From the IMG/VR virus record IMGVR_UViG_3300035661_000037, positions 1 to 64,000 of that record: a DNA stretch of 64,000 bases; one strand, written 5' to 3'. The notes under the pieces were generated by a model. That model was not told the DNA's origin. It saw nothing but the letters and a program-made list of their open reading frames with translations, and made no database searches. This DNA comes from a virus. Position numbers and translations under genes: made by a program. Within the stretch, counting starts at the first letter, position 1. Every line of letters begins with the position of its first letter. This document shows, piece after piece, positions 1 to 7,871 of this stretch.

Positions 1-201
1 GCCCAATTGTACACACTGATCTACCTCACTAGGGTCGACTGCCTTGCGTGTATTATCCAGATAATACCTTGGATGTAGTTCGCAATGCTGGTCATCTATG
101 GTATACCCCGCCAATCCATAACGGGCTGACATGTCACGGTAAACGATAATCGGGCGCTTCGTACCTCGTTCTATTCTACACACTGCCTCTAATTGATTCA
201 T
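1..201 (-). CDS. hypothetical protein, partial (runs off window)
   Basis: ATG at 201 overlapping the upstream stop (MNQLEAVCRIERG...); open to base 1; not in ORF track. Confidence 0.6.
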   Translation of the reverse strand, partial: MNQLEAVCRIERGTKRPIIVYRDMSARYGLAGYTIDDQHCELHPRYYLDNTRKAVDPSEVDQCVQLG

Positions 202-587
202 TCTGCACCCTCCTTGTCAATCCAATTGTCAGGCATCGTTACCCCTTCCATCTTCGCAATATCCCGGATATACTCTACATCCTCTTCGTGTATATCGTCG
301 GGGTCGTTATCGGATAATAACTCATCAATAAACCCCTCAAGGCCGGAATAGGGCGTGGTATAAAACGATGCTAGCTTGTCACCGTTCATCATGGCGCATT
401 GACAGTCTTCGTTAGTCAAAAATATATTCCCGCTATACTTATTAAGGCCAAACTTGACGCCGCTGTCTGAAAAATTGTTAGGTAATCCAGCTTTATCCCA
501 AGCCTGCAAAATTCTCATCACCTCGTGGCGCTCATGTGCGCATTGCATAATGTCGCTAAGGTCTTCCGTGTAAGTTTCATTGCTCAT
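198..587 (-). CDS. hypothetical early phage protein
   Basis: 129-aa ORF with AGAGG RBS, acidic C-terminus. Confidence 0.8.
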   Translation of the reverse strand: MSNETYTEDLSDIMQCAHERHEVMRILQAWDKAGLPNNFSDSGVKFGLNKYSGNIFLTNEDCQCAMMNGDKLASFYTTPYSGLEGFIDELLSDNDPDDIHEEDVEYIRDIAKMEGVTMPDNWIDKEGAE

Positions 588-666
588 TTTGTAACCTCTT
601 GTTTAGTTGTTAATAGTTAAGCAGTTATTGTAAAACTTCCGCGCATTTTTGGGTATAGGTTATCCA

Positions 667-846
667 TCATCTATCATCCCAGCAAATAGTTGCGTCTGAA
701 AAGATATCGGCTTCTTGTGCGTCTTCCTGGCAATCTTCAAAAGTGTGTTGTAGTTCGTCGTTTATCTCAGAAATTACGCTATATATCATTGACATATAAA
801 CGGATTGTAGCTTCCGAATCTGCTTGTCATTTGTTCGTGTTTTCAT
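667..846 (-). CDS. small acidic hypothetical protein (59 aa)
   Basis: MKTRTNDKQIRKLQ...WDDR; GAGG RBS; downstream of promoter module 870-927; below ORF track cutoff. Confidence 0.65.
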   Translation of the reverse strand: MKTRTNDKQIRKLQSVYMSMIYSVISEINDELQHTFEDCQEDAQEADIFSDATICWDDR

Positions 847-869
847 TTTGCTTCCCTCGTTGTTTGTTT

Positions 870-927
870 CAGTAGTTAAGAGTATATACTATAAATAAAC
901 CTTGTAAAGATTATTTGTAACTATTTT
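870..927 (-). promoter_or_regulatory. sigma70-type early promoter module (paralogue of 1625-1671)
   Basis: Minus strand AAAATAGTTACAAATAATC-TTTACA-...-TATACT, similar to the module at 1625-1671. Confidence 0.6.
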
Positions 928-1203
928 TCAAACCTCCTCTTCGGGTGGGGTAAATAATTCTACAAATGATTCGACCTTTTCCGTTATATCGTGTAACGCC
1001 TTCTCACACTCAGCGGTCTGCTTTTGGTAATATGTCAGCGCTTCAACAAAGGCTTGTCGCTCTGTCTTGGCCTTCATGCTTAAATTCATACCGCGGGTCT
1101 TATCATATAGCCAGAATCCGAAATTACCGTGCTTACAGTCTTCAAACTCGCATAAAATAAGTGTTTTACTAAGATGTACTGTTCTATCTGGGGGTCTGCT
1201 CAT
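928..1203 (-). CDS. hypothetical protein
   Basis: 91-aa ORF with AAGGAG RBS. Confidence 0.75.
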   Translation of the reverse strand: MSRPPDRTVHLSKTLILCEFEDCKHGNFGFWLYDKTRGMNLSMKAKTERQAFVEALTYYQKQTAECEKALHDITEKVESFVELFTPPEEEV

Positions 1204-1215
1204 TTTAAAATCTCC

Positions 1216-1257
1216 TTAGATGCAAGTAAATGCTAAAATTATGGTAGGGAGTATCAT
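1216..1257 (-). CDS. hydrophobic minigene MILPTIILAFTCI
   Basis: AAGGAGG RBS; stop overlaps the next gene's RBS; paralogous to 1445-1504. Confidence 0.5.
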   Translation of the reverse strand: MILPTIILAFTCI

Positions 1258-1270
1258 TTTCAAACCCTCC

Positions 1271-1432
1271 TTAAATAAACTGCGACTGATGCACAATTTT
1301 GCCATGCTTTATAATGTCGCGGGCTTCAACCAGTGTTAGATTATAAAATTCCGCGAATCGCTCAACCGTTAAAAAATTGTTGTAATAGTCTAGGAATAAT
1401 TCGGTTAGCGTATCGGTGTTATAGTTGCTCAT
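1271..1432 (-). CDS. small hypothetical phage protein (53 aa, FLDYYNNFLTVERFAEFY)
   Basis: AAGGAGG RBS; resembles a recurrent small phage protein; below ORF track cutoff. Confidence 0.7.
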   Translation of the reverse strand: MSNYNTDTLTELFLDYYNNFLTVERFAEFYNLTLVEARDIIKHGKIVHQSQFI

Positions 1433-1444
1433 TTTAAAACCTCC

Positions 1445-1504
1445 TTAGATGCAAGTAAATGCAAAAATTACGGTGACCAGGCATATTATGGTTGGGAGTA
1501 TCAT
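1445..1504 (-). CDS. hydrophobic minigene MILPTIICLVTVIFAFTCI
   Basis: GGAG RBS; near-duplicate of 1216-1257 with an in-frame 18-nt insertion. Confidence 0.5.
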   Translation of the reverse strand: MILPTIICLVTVIFAFTCI

Positions 1505-1508
1505 TTTC

Positions 1509-1586
1509 TTATACTCCAAAATACTTAGCAATTGAGTGCCCGGCTACCATTGATGACAGGATAATTACAGAGAGCAGTGGTATCAT
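1509..1586 (-). CDS. hydrophobic minigene MIPLLSVIILSSMVAGHSIAKYFGV
   Basis: GAGG RBS; first ORF after a consensus promoter. Confidence 0.5.
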   Translation of the reverse strand: MIPLLSVIILSSMVAGHSIAKYFGV

Positions 1587-1624
1587 TTTGTTTTCCTCGT
1601 TTTGTTTGTTGGTTTACGGGTTAG

Positions 1625-1671
1625 ATTATATAGTACAAACAAACCTTGTCAAGGTTATTTATAACTATTTT
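1625..1671 (-). promoter_or_regulatory. consensus sigma70 promoter with AT-rich UP-like element
   Basis: TTGACA (1652-1647)-16 nt-TATAAT (1630-1625). Confidence 0.8.
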
Positions 1672-1824
1672 TCAACACTCCCTAAAATAAAGTGCGATTG
1701 CTACAGTTTGAATATCGCAGTGCGAGGCCTGAGCAGACTTATATAAGCAGGATCTTTTATCAATCCCCGCGCTTACGAAAAGGTCATAAATTGCCAATAT
1801 TTGTTCCGTTGTAAGTTGTTTCAT
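1672..1824 (-). CDS. small hypothetical protein (50 aa)
   Basis: MKQLTTEQILAIYDLF...; AAGGGG RBS; first ORF after the sigma54 promoter. Confidence 0.6.
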   Translation of the reverse strand: MKQLTTEQILAIYDLFVSAGIDKRSCLYKSAQASHCDIQTVAIALYFREC

Positions 1825-1863
1825 TTCATCCCCTTAAATTATTTAGCTACTTGATACTATATA

Positions 1864-1879
1864 AGCAAGGCGCGTGCCA
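1864..1879 (-). promoter_or_regulatory. sigma54 (RpoN) -24/-12 promoter
   Basis: TGGCACG-CGCC-TTGCT, exact match to TGGCACG-N4-TTGCW. Confidence 0.8.
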
Positions 1880-1906
1880 CCTCGTATAAAATCCTAAACT
1901 ATTTTA

Positions 1907-1919
1907 TAAGTTGTTGATT
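1907..1919 (-). promoter_or_regulatory. IHF site
   Basis: AATCAA-CAAC-TTA = WATCAANNNNTTR, ~60 bp upstream of the predicted sigma54 start. Confidence 0.7.
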
Positions 1920-1975
1920 TTATTTAGTAAAGTAATATTGTCTGAGCAGGTATAAGTTTTTATTATATGTATAAA

Positions 1976-2056
1976 GTGACGCTTTTTGTACCTATTTTAG
2001 CAAGTGGTTGATTTTAAGCGTACGAAAATTGTCACTAGGGTGACGTTTTTTGTCAT
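1976..2056. promoter_or_regulatory. three putative enhancer (bEBP) sites, TGAC-N7-GTCA type, with a second IHF site
   Basis: GTGAC-N7-GTAC 1976-1991, GTAC-N7-GTCAC 2020-2035, GTGAC-N7-GTCAT 2040-2056; IHF consensus 2001-2013. Confidence 0.6.
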
Positions 2057-2094
2057 ACCCCTTTGTACCTTATATTTAACGCGCACGCCCGCGT

Positions 2095-2110
2095 AGCAAG
2101 TATCATGCCA
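2095..2110 (-). promoter_or_regulatory. second sigma54 promoter
   Basis: TGGCATG-ATAC-TTGCT. Confidence 0.7.
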
Positions 2111-2196
2111 GGTTTATATGTTAGCGAGTGCTTACCTTCATATGTTAGTTGGTGCTTACTAACCTACGACTGCTTTAAATAGCCCCGCGCCGGATC

Positions 2197-2664
2197 GAAA
2201 ACATAGAAATATCATGACCCTTTTTACACTGTCAAAACATGGACAAAACAAATCCCGACTTTTCTAAACATAGAAATAGTAAATCCTTTTTGGAATCTCG
2301 GCTTGTGTCTGGCGTCTAATGTCGCTATACACAGATGCAAAACATATAGATATTGCGTACCTTTTATACCGGCAAAACATGGCTAGAATGGTTTCAGACT
2401 TCTCTAAACATATAAATAGCGGTCTCTTTTCTGTGATTATTGTAAGGTAGTCCAAAATATTGTCAGGGTTTCTGAACAAGACCAAAACATCGTTACGGTG
2501 GTTTCAAATTTATTGTGAGGTTATACAGGGATGCGAAACATCGTTAGGGTGGTTTTATACTATACACAGTTAAAATAAACCCTAATACTCAGGGAAGTTT
2601 TGGGCTTGTCAAGATAAATGTAAAACTGCACGGCAACTTACATCCTGTTACTGTTCCAAAACAT
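2197..2664 (+). repeat. array of AAACAT-anchored imperfect repeats
   Basis: AAACAT ending at 2204, 2240, 2271, 2345, 2380, 2411, 2490, 2541, 2664 (AAATAT at 2460); ~140-bp higher-order duplication. Confidence 0.65.
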
Positions 2665-2725
2665 GGATATATTATCTACCTCGCCATCATCATGCAGGGT
2701 CAGTAATACCTGTAATACGTATTAC

Positions 2726-2883
2726 AAAATCTTCCAAAAAATAAACGCTAGGATGCCCGTCTAGCACGTGTCGTAGCCTAATTAAACTTCACGTAAGATA
2801 GTTTAAAATCTTCCAAAAAATAACCGCTAGGATGCCCATCCAGCACGCGTCGTAGCCTAATTAAACTTCACGTAAGATAGTTT
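2726..2883 (+). repeat. 79-bp tandem direct repeat x2
   Basis: 2726-2804 and 2805-2883 differ at 4 positions; each contains a small hairpin. Confidence 0.95.
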
Positions 2884-3165
2884 AATCTCCCGAGGTGGCA
2901 AATATTGTCTTAGAGTGTTGGATTTTTATGGCTGATGTAGATCTTGTGGGGCGGCATAACTCAGTTGCAGCACTCTTTAGTCCTAATAATATATGGGGTT
3001 GGCATCATCATGAGGGGGCTATTTGTTGTCGGTAGCTATAAGTAGTATCCCGCATATAAGGGTGATAAGAAGTATGTTAGTATGGTGTGTCGAAGGTATT
3101 TAATTATTTTAAGGTGCTGCATATAGCATATAATATTGTCCAACTGTATGAAATTGTTAAAGATT

Positions 3166-3207
3166 TAAGATTTTGAAACTAAGATTTTGAAACTAAGATT
3201 TTGAAAA
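3166..3207 (+). repeat. 14-bp tandem repeat x3 (TAAGATTTTGAAAC)
   Basis: Directly visible. Confidence 0.9.
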
Positions 3208-3423
3208 CCTTATATTATACCATGAGGATTTGAAACTGTCTACAGGTTTATTTTTAAGTTTGTTTGTAAGTGCTTGCTTTTATTTGACTAAACCACGCAA
3301 ATAATGGTTTCTACTTCGCATAACCGGTAATATGTATAATTAGTGTTTGCTAACTTCTTAAAGATGTTATATAAGATGCTGAATACATTATATGTTAGCG
3401 TTTGCTTATATAGTTGGCGTTTT

Positions 3424-3444
3424 AAAACCCTCGGAAGAGGGTTT
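3424..3444 (-). terminator. intrinsic terminator
   Basis: AAACCCTC-GGAA-GAGGGTTT hairpin with T-run on the minus strand just after 3452. Confidence 0.65.
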
Positions 3445-3451
3445 GGGAGGG

Positions 3452-3766
3452 TTACAAACAGATAGCAGAATGGTTTATACGCTCTACCTTTATGTTATCC
3501 CATGCGTATTTCGCCGGATATCGCAACAACTTGTCTTGTATTTTAGCTTTAAACTCATTCTCTGAGAGATCTAGCTGCATCATTACTATGGCTTTGATAC
3601 GAGATATGCCAAGTTTTTCGCCAGATTTACTAGTAATAAACAGAGTATTAGGGCTGCTTAGGCGAAATACTAGCCGTTTAGGGTCATTCTTGTATGTTAT
3701 ATGCCCTGTAATTTTATTGTAGTCTAGGGTTTCACGCAGCAACTTAGTTTTGTAGTTTGTACTCAT
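3452..3766 (-). CDS. degenerate HNH homing-endonuclease-like protein
   Basis: LDYNKITGHITYK N-terminus parallels the neighbour's LRYEPDSGRFTWK; no intact HNH. Confidence 0.5.
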   Translation of the reverse strand: MSTNYKTKLLRETLDYNKITGHITYKNDPKRLVFRLSSPNTLFITSKSGEKLGISRIKAIVMMQLDLSENEFKAKIQDKLLRYPAKYAWDNIKVERINHSAICL

Positions 3767-4176
3767 TTTGAAAACCCCTGCAATTTAGGTTTTAGGATTG
3801 CTACAAATTCTTTTGGGAGATTTGAAACTATTTTCCAGCCGTCTGGTGTTTCGTAGCACTGAAGGTATAATTTATCTAAATCGGTCTCAGGCTCTATCTG
3901 TTTTAGGTTAGCCCATGAAAGGTCGCGAGTGTCCCCGTCAATGTGCTTCATTGGTATCCAGTTCCCAGTCATTAAGTAGTTTGCAATGGTTGATGCTTTG
4001 AACTGCACTCTACCTAACGCAATGTACCAGATGTTACGGTTGCACGTACCCGCCTTTGTCCCAGCAGCAGTCGAACCTCTTCGTGTCTTCCAAGTAAATC
4101 TACCGCTATCTGGCTCATATCTCAGAAGTTCTGCAACAGTTTCGGGCGTCATAACAGGTTTCTTCTCAAACAGCAT
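3763..4176 (-). CDS. HNH homing-endonuclease-like protein (possibly inactive)
   Basis: YEPDSGRFTWK...GTKAGT and HIDGDTRDLSWANL motifs. Confidence 0.7.
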   Translation of the reverse strand: MLFEKKPVMTPETVAELLRYEPDSGRFTWKTRRGSTAAGTKAGTCNRNIWYIALGRVQFKASTIANYLMTGNWIPMKHIDGDTRDLSWANLKQIEPETDLDKLYLQCYETPDGWKIVSNLPKEFVAILKPKLQGFSK

Positions 4177-4213
4177 ACACTTCTCCTAACATGGTGCGAA
4201 TCTGCACAGTCGT

Positions 4214-4275
4214 AATATATCGCACCAGCATGTTCTTGTCAAGCCTGTAGTGTAAATAGTATTACAGGCTTGACA
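4214..4275. promoter_or_regulatory. leftward sigma70 promoter within a 13-bp inverted repeat carrying back-to-back TTGACA boxes
   Basis: TGTCAAGCCTGTA (4237-4249)...TACAGGCTTGACA (4263-4275); minus TTGACA-17-TATATT. Confidence 0.6.
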
Positions 4276-4558
4276 CACAGAAAAGCAGTTGTGGATTTCC
4301 TGTAATACGTTAAGAATCAACAGTTACAACGACAAATAATACGGTTTTTTGGTGTTCGCCGTAAGGAACCTGCATGTAAGTTACTGTTATTATTAAATAT
4401 ATTTATATGTAATACACAGCACATATACTACATCGACTTTTTTCGCAGATAACGCTAAAACTCAACCCCTTGTGTAATTTTACATGCCGATTTACTTTTT
4501 AACGTTTTATGCCTCCGAAAGTCGCTGTAATAACTGTAATACACGAAATCCTCAACAA

Positions 4559-4571
4559 TATCAACCACTTA
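4559..4571 (+). promoter_or_regulatory. IHF site
   Basis: TATCAA-CCAC-TTA exact consensus. Confidence 0.55.
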
Positions 4572-4651
4572 CCGTACTACGACTTTTTCAAAACCGTAGT
4601 ACGCCGCACCTTAAAACCCCAAAAGTATAACAAAAACGTAGTAAAAACCTT

Positions 4652-4772
4652 CCGAGATCCTGGTTTTTCTTCCGAGATCCTGGTTTTTCGAACCGAGATC
4701 CTGGTTTTGAAAACCAAGAATTGACATAGAAAAACCAAGATCCGTTGACAAAAACCAAGATCTTGGTATACT
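4652..4772 (+). repeat. six phased iteron/operator-like repeats CCRAGATCYTGG overlapping a sigma70 promoter
   Basis: Starts at 4652, 4672, 4693, 4714, 4735, 4755 (20-21 bp period); TTGACA 4745-4750, TATACT 4767-4772. Confidence 0.85.
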
Positions 4773-4788
4773 TTTACAACGTTTTCCT

Positions 4789-6219
4789 ATGAACCGCCTA
4801 AAAATGAAAAATCTGCTAAAGCTAAACAATATTGCATCGACCACTAAAAACCGCCTGATAAATTCTGGAGTTATCTCAGACTCTTATACACTCGACATCA
4901 ACTTTTTAAGGCTGCGGTACTATTATATGCAGGCGGCAATGTTTACCTATAAAAACGACGATAGCAATAAACTTACAAAGTTCTCACCTGTATCCATCAG
5001 CGATTTACAGAGCATGTGTAGTGGGAAAGGATTCTTGCTGACTGATAAATCAATCGTAGAACTAACTTCTATTGACCAAGACTATCTTGGAAAAGTCCTA
5101 AGAGACCTCAAAATACCTGCGATCCATAATTCAAGTTTTCGAAACCCTACTAAACTATTTGAGAATATTGACACAAGTTTCTACGCATCAGAAGACATTG
5201 TATTGGTGTGCAAACATATAACAGACCCTAAAAAAGTCATAAAAACTCCGCTACTAGCAAACTCTAAACGGTATGCAGTTGGCTTAAACATAGCTCACCC
5301 AGAAGGAAAAGTAGGCGCTGCAAGAAGCCTTGGTATATTCCGCGAAGAATGTCAGAAACTAATGCAGCCTACCCCACCAGCACTAACCTACGACACCCTA
5401 GACTACAACCAGCTTAACTGGAGACATGTACTATCCCACCAAAACTTTGACGCTCTAATGAGCCTTGTAGACTGTCCTAACAACACTTACCTGCGACAAT
5501 ATATGAGTACAGACACCCCCAGCGACCAACAGCTTGCTGAACTATCAGAGAAAGCCCTAAAGCATCGCAGACGCACAAGCAACCTGCCGCAGGAAGATGA
5601 ACAGCCGTCACCAGAATTCCAAGCACCTGTCACACCCTCAATCACCACTCCACCAACCGCACCCGCCCAACAACCCGAGAAAATCAAGGATTTTAAAACT
5701 GTCTACCAAGTAATTGAAAATTTTATGGAAGTTGAGAACAGTTTAGAAGATAGTGTCTTTGCGAACTATGCGACCATGCTGCGAACCTTATACAAATCCA
5801 AGGGGGGGCGTCCGAAGCCTAAACTGATATTAGAAGAACTGCATCTTGCAGAGAAAGTATTAAACTATCTACCTAGCAACTGTGACTATAGCGCACAAAC
5901 GTATTTAGAGCCGAAAGACCTTGCATACCTGTCAGGTGCGGATACCAGAGGAGTATACAAAATAGCAGCCACTGCCGAAACCCCTGAGACTACCTTAAAG
6001 CTATCAGAGATATTAGACAACTTCATGCGGCTACACACCACGACCAGCTACCGTGCCGCATCCGAGTGCGATACCCTTGTACCTACTAACACAAACTTAG
6101 CCATTGCCGATGGTAGACCGGTGTTTATGAGTACTAACATAGCCAAAGCCGTTGCCCTGCTGCGAGCATATATAACGTCAATCGTAGCTAACCCTAGCGA
6201 GTTAGACACTCCTAACTAA
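4789..6219 (+). CDS. hypothetical protein (candidate origin/operator-binding protein)
   Basis: 476-aa ORF with a central Pro/Thr linker; follows the repeat array; no recognisable family. Confidence 0.8.
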   Translation: MNRLKMKNLLKLNNIASTTKNRLINSGVISDSYTLDINFLRLRYYYMQAAMFTYKNDDSNKLTKFSPVSISDLQSMCSGKGFLLTDKSIVELTSIDQDYLGKVLRDLKIPAIHNSSFRNPTKLFENIDTSFYASEDIVLVCKHITDPKKVIKTPLLANSKRYAVGLNIAHPEGKVGAARSLGIFREECQKLMQPTPPALTYDTLDYNQLNWRHVLSHQNFDALMSLVDCPNNTYLRQYMSTDTPSDQQLAELSEKALKHRRRTSNLPQEDEQPSPEFQAPVTPSITTPPTAPAQQPEKIKDFKTVYQVIENFMEVENSLEDSVFANYATMLRTLYKSKGGRPKPKLILEELHLAEKVLNYLPSNCDYSAQTYLEPKDLAYLSGADTRGVYKIAATAETPETTLKLSEILDNFMRLHTTTSYRAASECDTLVPTNTNLAIADGRPVFMSTNIAKAVALLRAYITSIVANPSELDTPN

Positions 6220-6238
6220 ATAAAATAAAGGTTACACC

Positions 6239-6481
6239 ATGCAAAATATCCCGACAGCCGCCATAAAACAATCGCACCCTAGGCTCTATGCCACCCTGGA
6301 ACTTTTCTGGGGTTCAAGAGACTTCAAGGAGTACCTAGACAAAACGGTCATGACCACCAGCGACCGTGTAATCCGTCAAGGGTTCTCGCCAAGGGTTATT
6401 CGCGAACTGTTCTGCTTACAACGACAACACGATATACAGTTCCCTCAGTTCACGACCACCTGCAAGTGGGATGTGGTGTAG
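6239..6481 (+). CDS. hypothetical protein resembling a betaproteobacterial small domain (PR..LELFWG...YL...RQGF)
   Basis: 80-aa ORF with AAGG RBS; motif recognition. Confidence 0.7.
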   Translation: MQNIPTAAIKQSHPRLYATLELFWGSRDFKEYLDKTVMTTSDRVIRQGFSPRVIRELFCLQRQHDIQFPQFTTTCKWDVV

Positions 6482-6702
6482 CGAGAATAACTATATATTT
6501 GACACACCTAACTAAGATATGTATAATGGTTGACATCGGTAGCACAAACTACATAATACATAAGAGTAGATATAAAAATGACTTTACTAACATACGTGAT
6601 AATCTACGGCACCCTGTTCAGCGGGTTGTTTGCAATAGCCACACTAATAACATGTATTCTGTTCCCAGGGACATTAAATGAAATTTTAAAGGATATAAAA
6701 TA

Positions 6703-7029
6703 ATGAGCGAAGAACATGTAAAGCTTTTGAAAGCGGCTAAGACAATACTTGCTCAGGATGCAACAAAAATTTATGTTTGTAGCGCTGTAAAAACCGCAGC
6801 TAAACGGTTTTACCATGCAAACCGGCTATATAAACACTCTGAGCCAGAAGTCTATGACATACTAACAGCGATTGAAATTGCTCTAAGCAAGACCATATTT
6901 GGAGGCAGACACACAGTCCAGACTTGGCTAGAAGAGAGGTTTGGAATTTATGCTACACCTGAAGAGTTGCTTCAATATCGCCTATCTTGGATAGACAACA
7001 TGATCGAATATTGGAAGAATAAGCCATAA
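6703..7029 (+). CDS. hypothetical protein
   Basis: 108 aa with AAGGA RBS. Confidence 0.75.
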   Translation: MSEEHVKLLKAAKTILAQDATKIYVCSAVKTAAKRFYHANRLYKHSEPEVYDILTAIEIALSKTIFGGRHTVQTWLEERFGIYATPEELLQYRLSWIDNMIEYWKNKP

Positions 7030-7158
7030 TATACCATAACAAAAAGGCGAAACACAACAGACGTTACCTGTAGTTAGTAAAAATTTTAGATTTACAAAAA
7101 TCTGTAAAGCAAAGGGCAGTATTCAAAATACCGTAAATGAAATTTTAAAGGAGATTAA

Positions 7159-7344
7159 ATGATATACGCCATACTATTCTCTACATGGTACGCCGTTGGA
7201 GTGCTATCGATCGTATTTTGGTGGTCTATGACAACCACAGTAAAATTACCACTACGACTTGCACTTTTAGTAGGTTTCTGGGGCGTACTTGCGTTCTTTA
7301 TAGGATGGCTTATACATGCCCAAAACATACAACTTGAAAAATAG
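7159..7344 (+). CDS. small two-TM membrane protein
   Basis: AAGGAG RBS; two hydrophobic segments. Confidence 0.7.
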   Translation: MIYAILFSTWYAVGVLSIVFWWSMTTTVKLPLRLALLVGFWGVLAFFIGWLIHAQNIQLEK

Positions 7345-7394
7345 TAGACACTGTGCTATAATTATCCGAAATAATCTTACAAAGGATATATTAT

Positions 7395-7871
7395 ATGCTT
7401 AGAATATGTATAGGTCTACTTAGTTTTTTAGTGTTTTCATCAATACAAGCGAATGGAGAACAACTTATTGTACCACCAAAACACATTGTGGATATAGCAA
7501 ATAGTTTGGCGTACCCTGATTTCCCAACAACACTAGACATTATTAGTATAATACGTGTTGAGAGTGCGTTTAACGCCAATGCAATAAACCCCGAGCGCTC
7601 CAGCCACCGTGGGGCTAGTATGGGGCTGATGCAGGTTCAGCGGGGATCGTTAAATGTTAGTACTAACATGCACCAAGGCGTTGCACTGCTTAGAGAGTAC
7701 TATATACGCCTAGGGCGCGATAAAGCAGCGGCGGTAAAGAGCTACAACATAGGTATTGGTGCGTATAAAAAAGGGAAGGCTACGATAAGTGCATCACAGT
7801 ATTATGCCAAGTTCAGAAAGCGGAGAGCAGAGTATATAAAGTATTATGTTAATAAGGTAGTTATTAACTAG
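7395..7871 (+). CDS. SLT-type lytic transglycosylase with N-terminal signal/anchor
   Basis: IRVESAFN catalytic ES motif, GLMQ, SYNIG; own TTGAAA-17-TATAAT promoter. Confidence 0.85.
   Translation: MLRICIGLLSFLVFSSIQANGEQLIVPPKHIVDIANSLAYPDFPTTLDIISIIRVESAFNANAINPERSSHRGASMGLMQVQRGSLNVSTNMHQGVALLREYYIRLGRDKAAAVKSYNIGIGAYKKGKATISASQYYAKFRKRRAEYIKYYVNKVVIN

Noticed and set aside
2264-2485. 73-aa minus-strand ORF, and ORFs at 4509-4844
   Set aside because: They lie across repeat arrays with no RBS; the translations mirror the DNA repeats.
2197-2883. CRISPR mini-array
   Set aside because: The conserved core is only 6-7 nt with irregular spacing, and the 79-bp repeats have no spacers; no cas operon.
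4315-4328. IHF site AATCAACAGTTA
   Set aside because: One base short of the WATCAANNNNTTR spacing.
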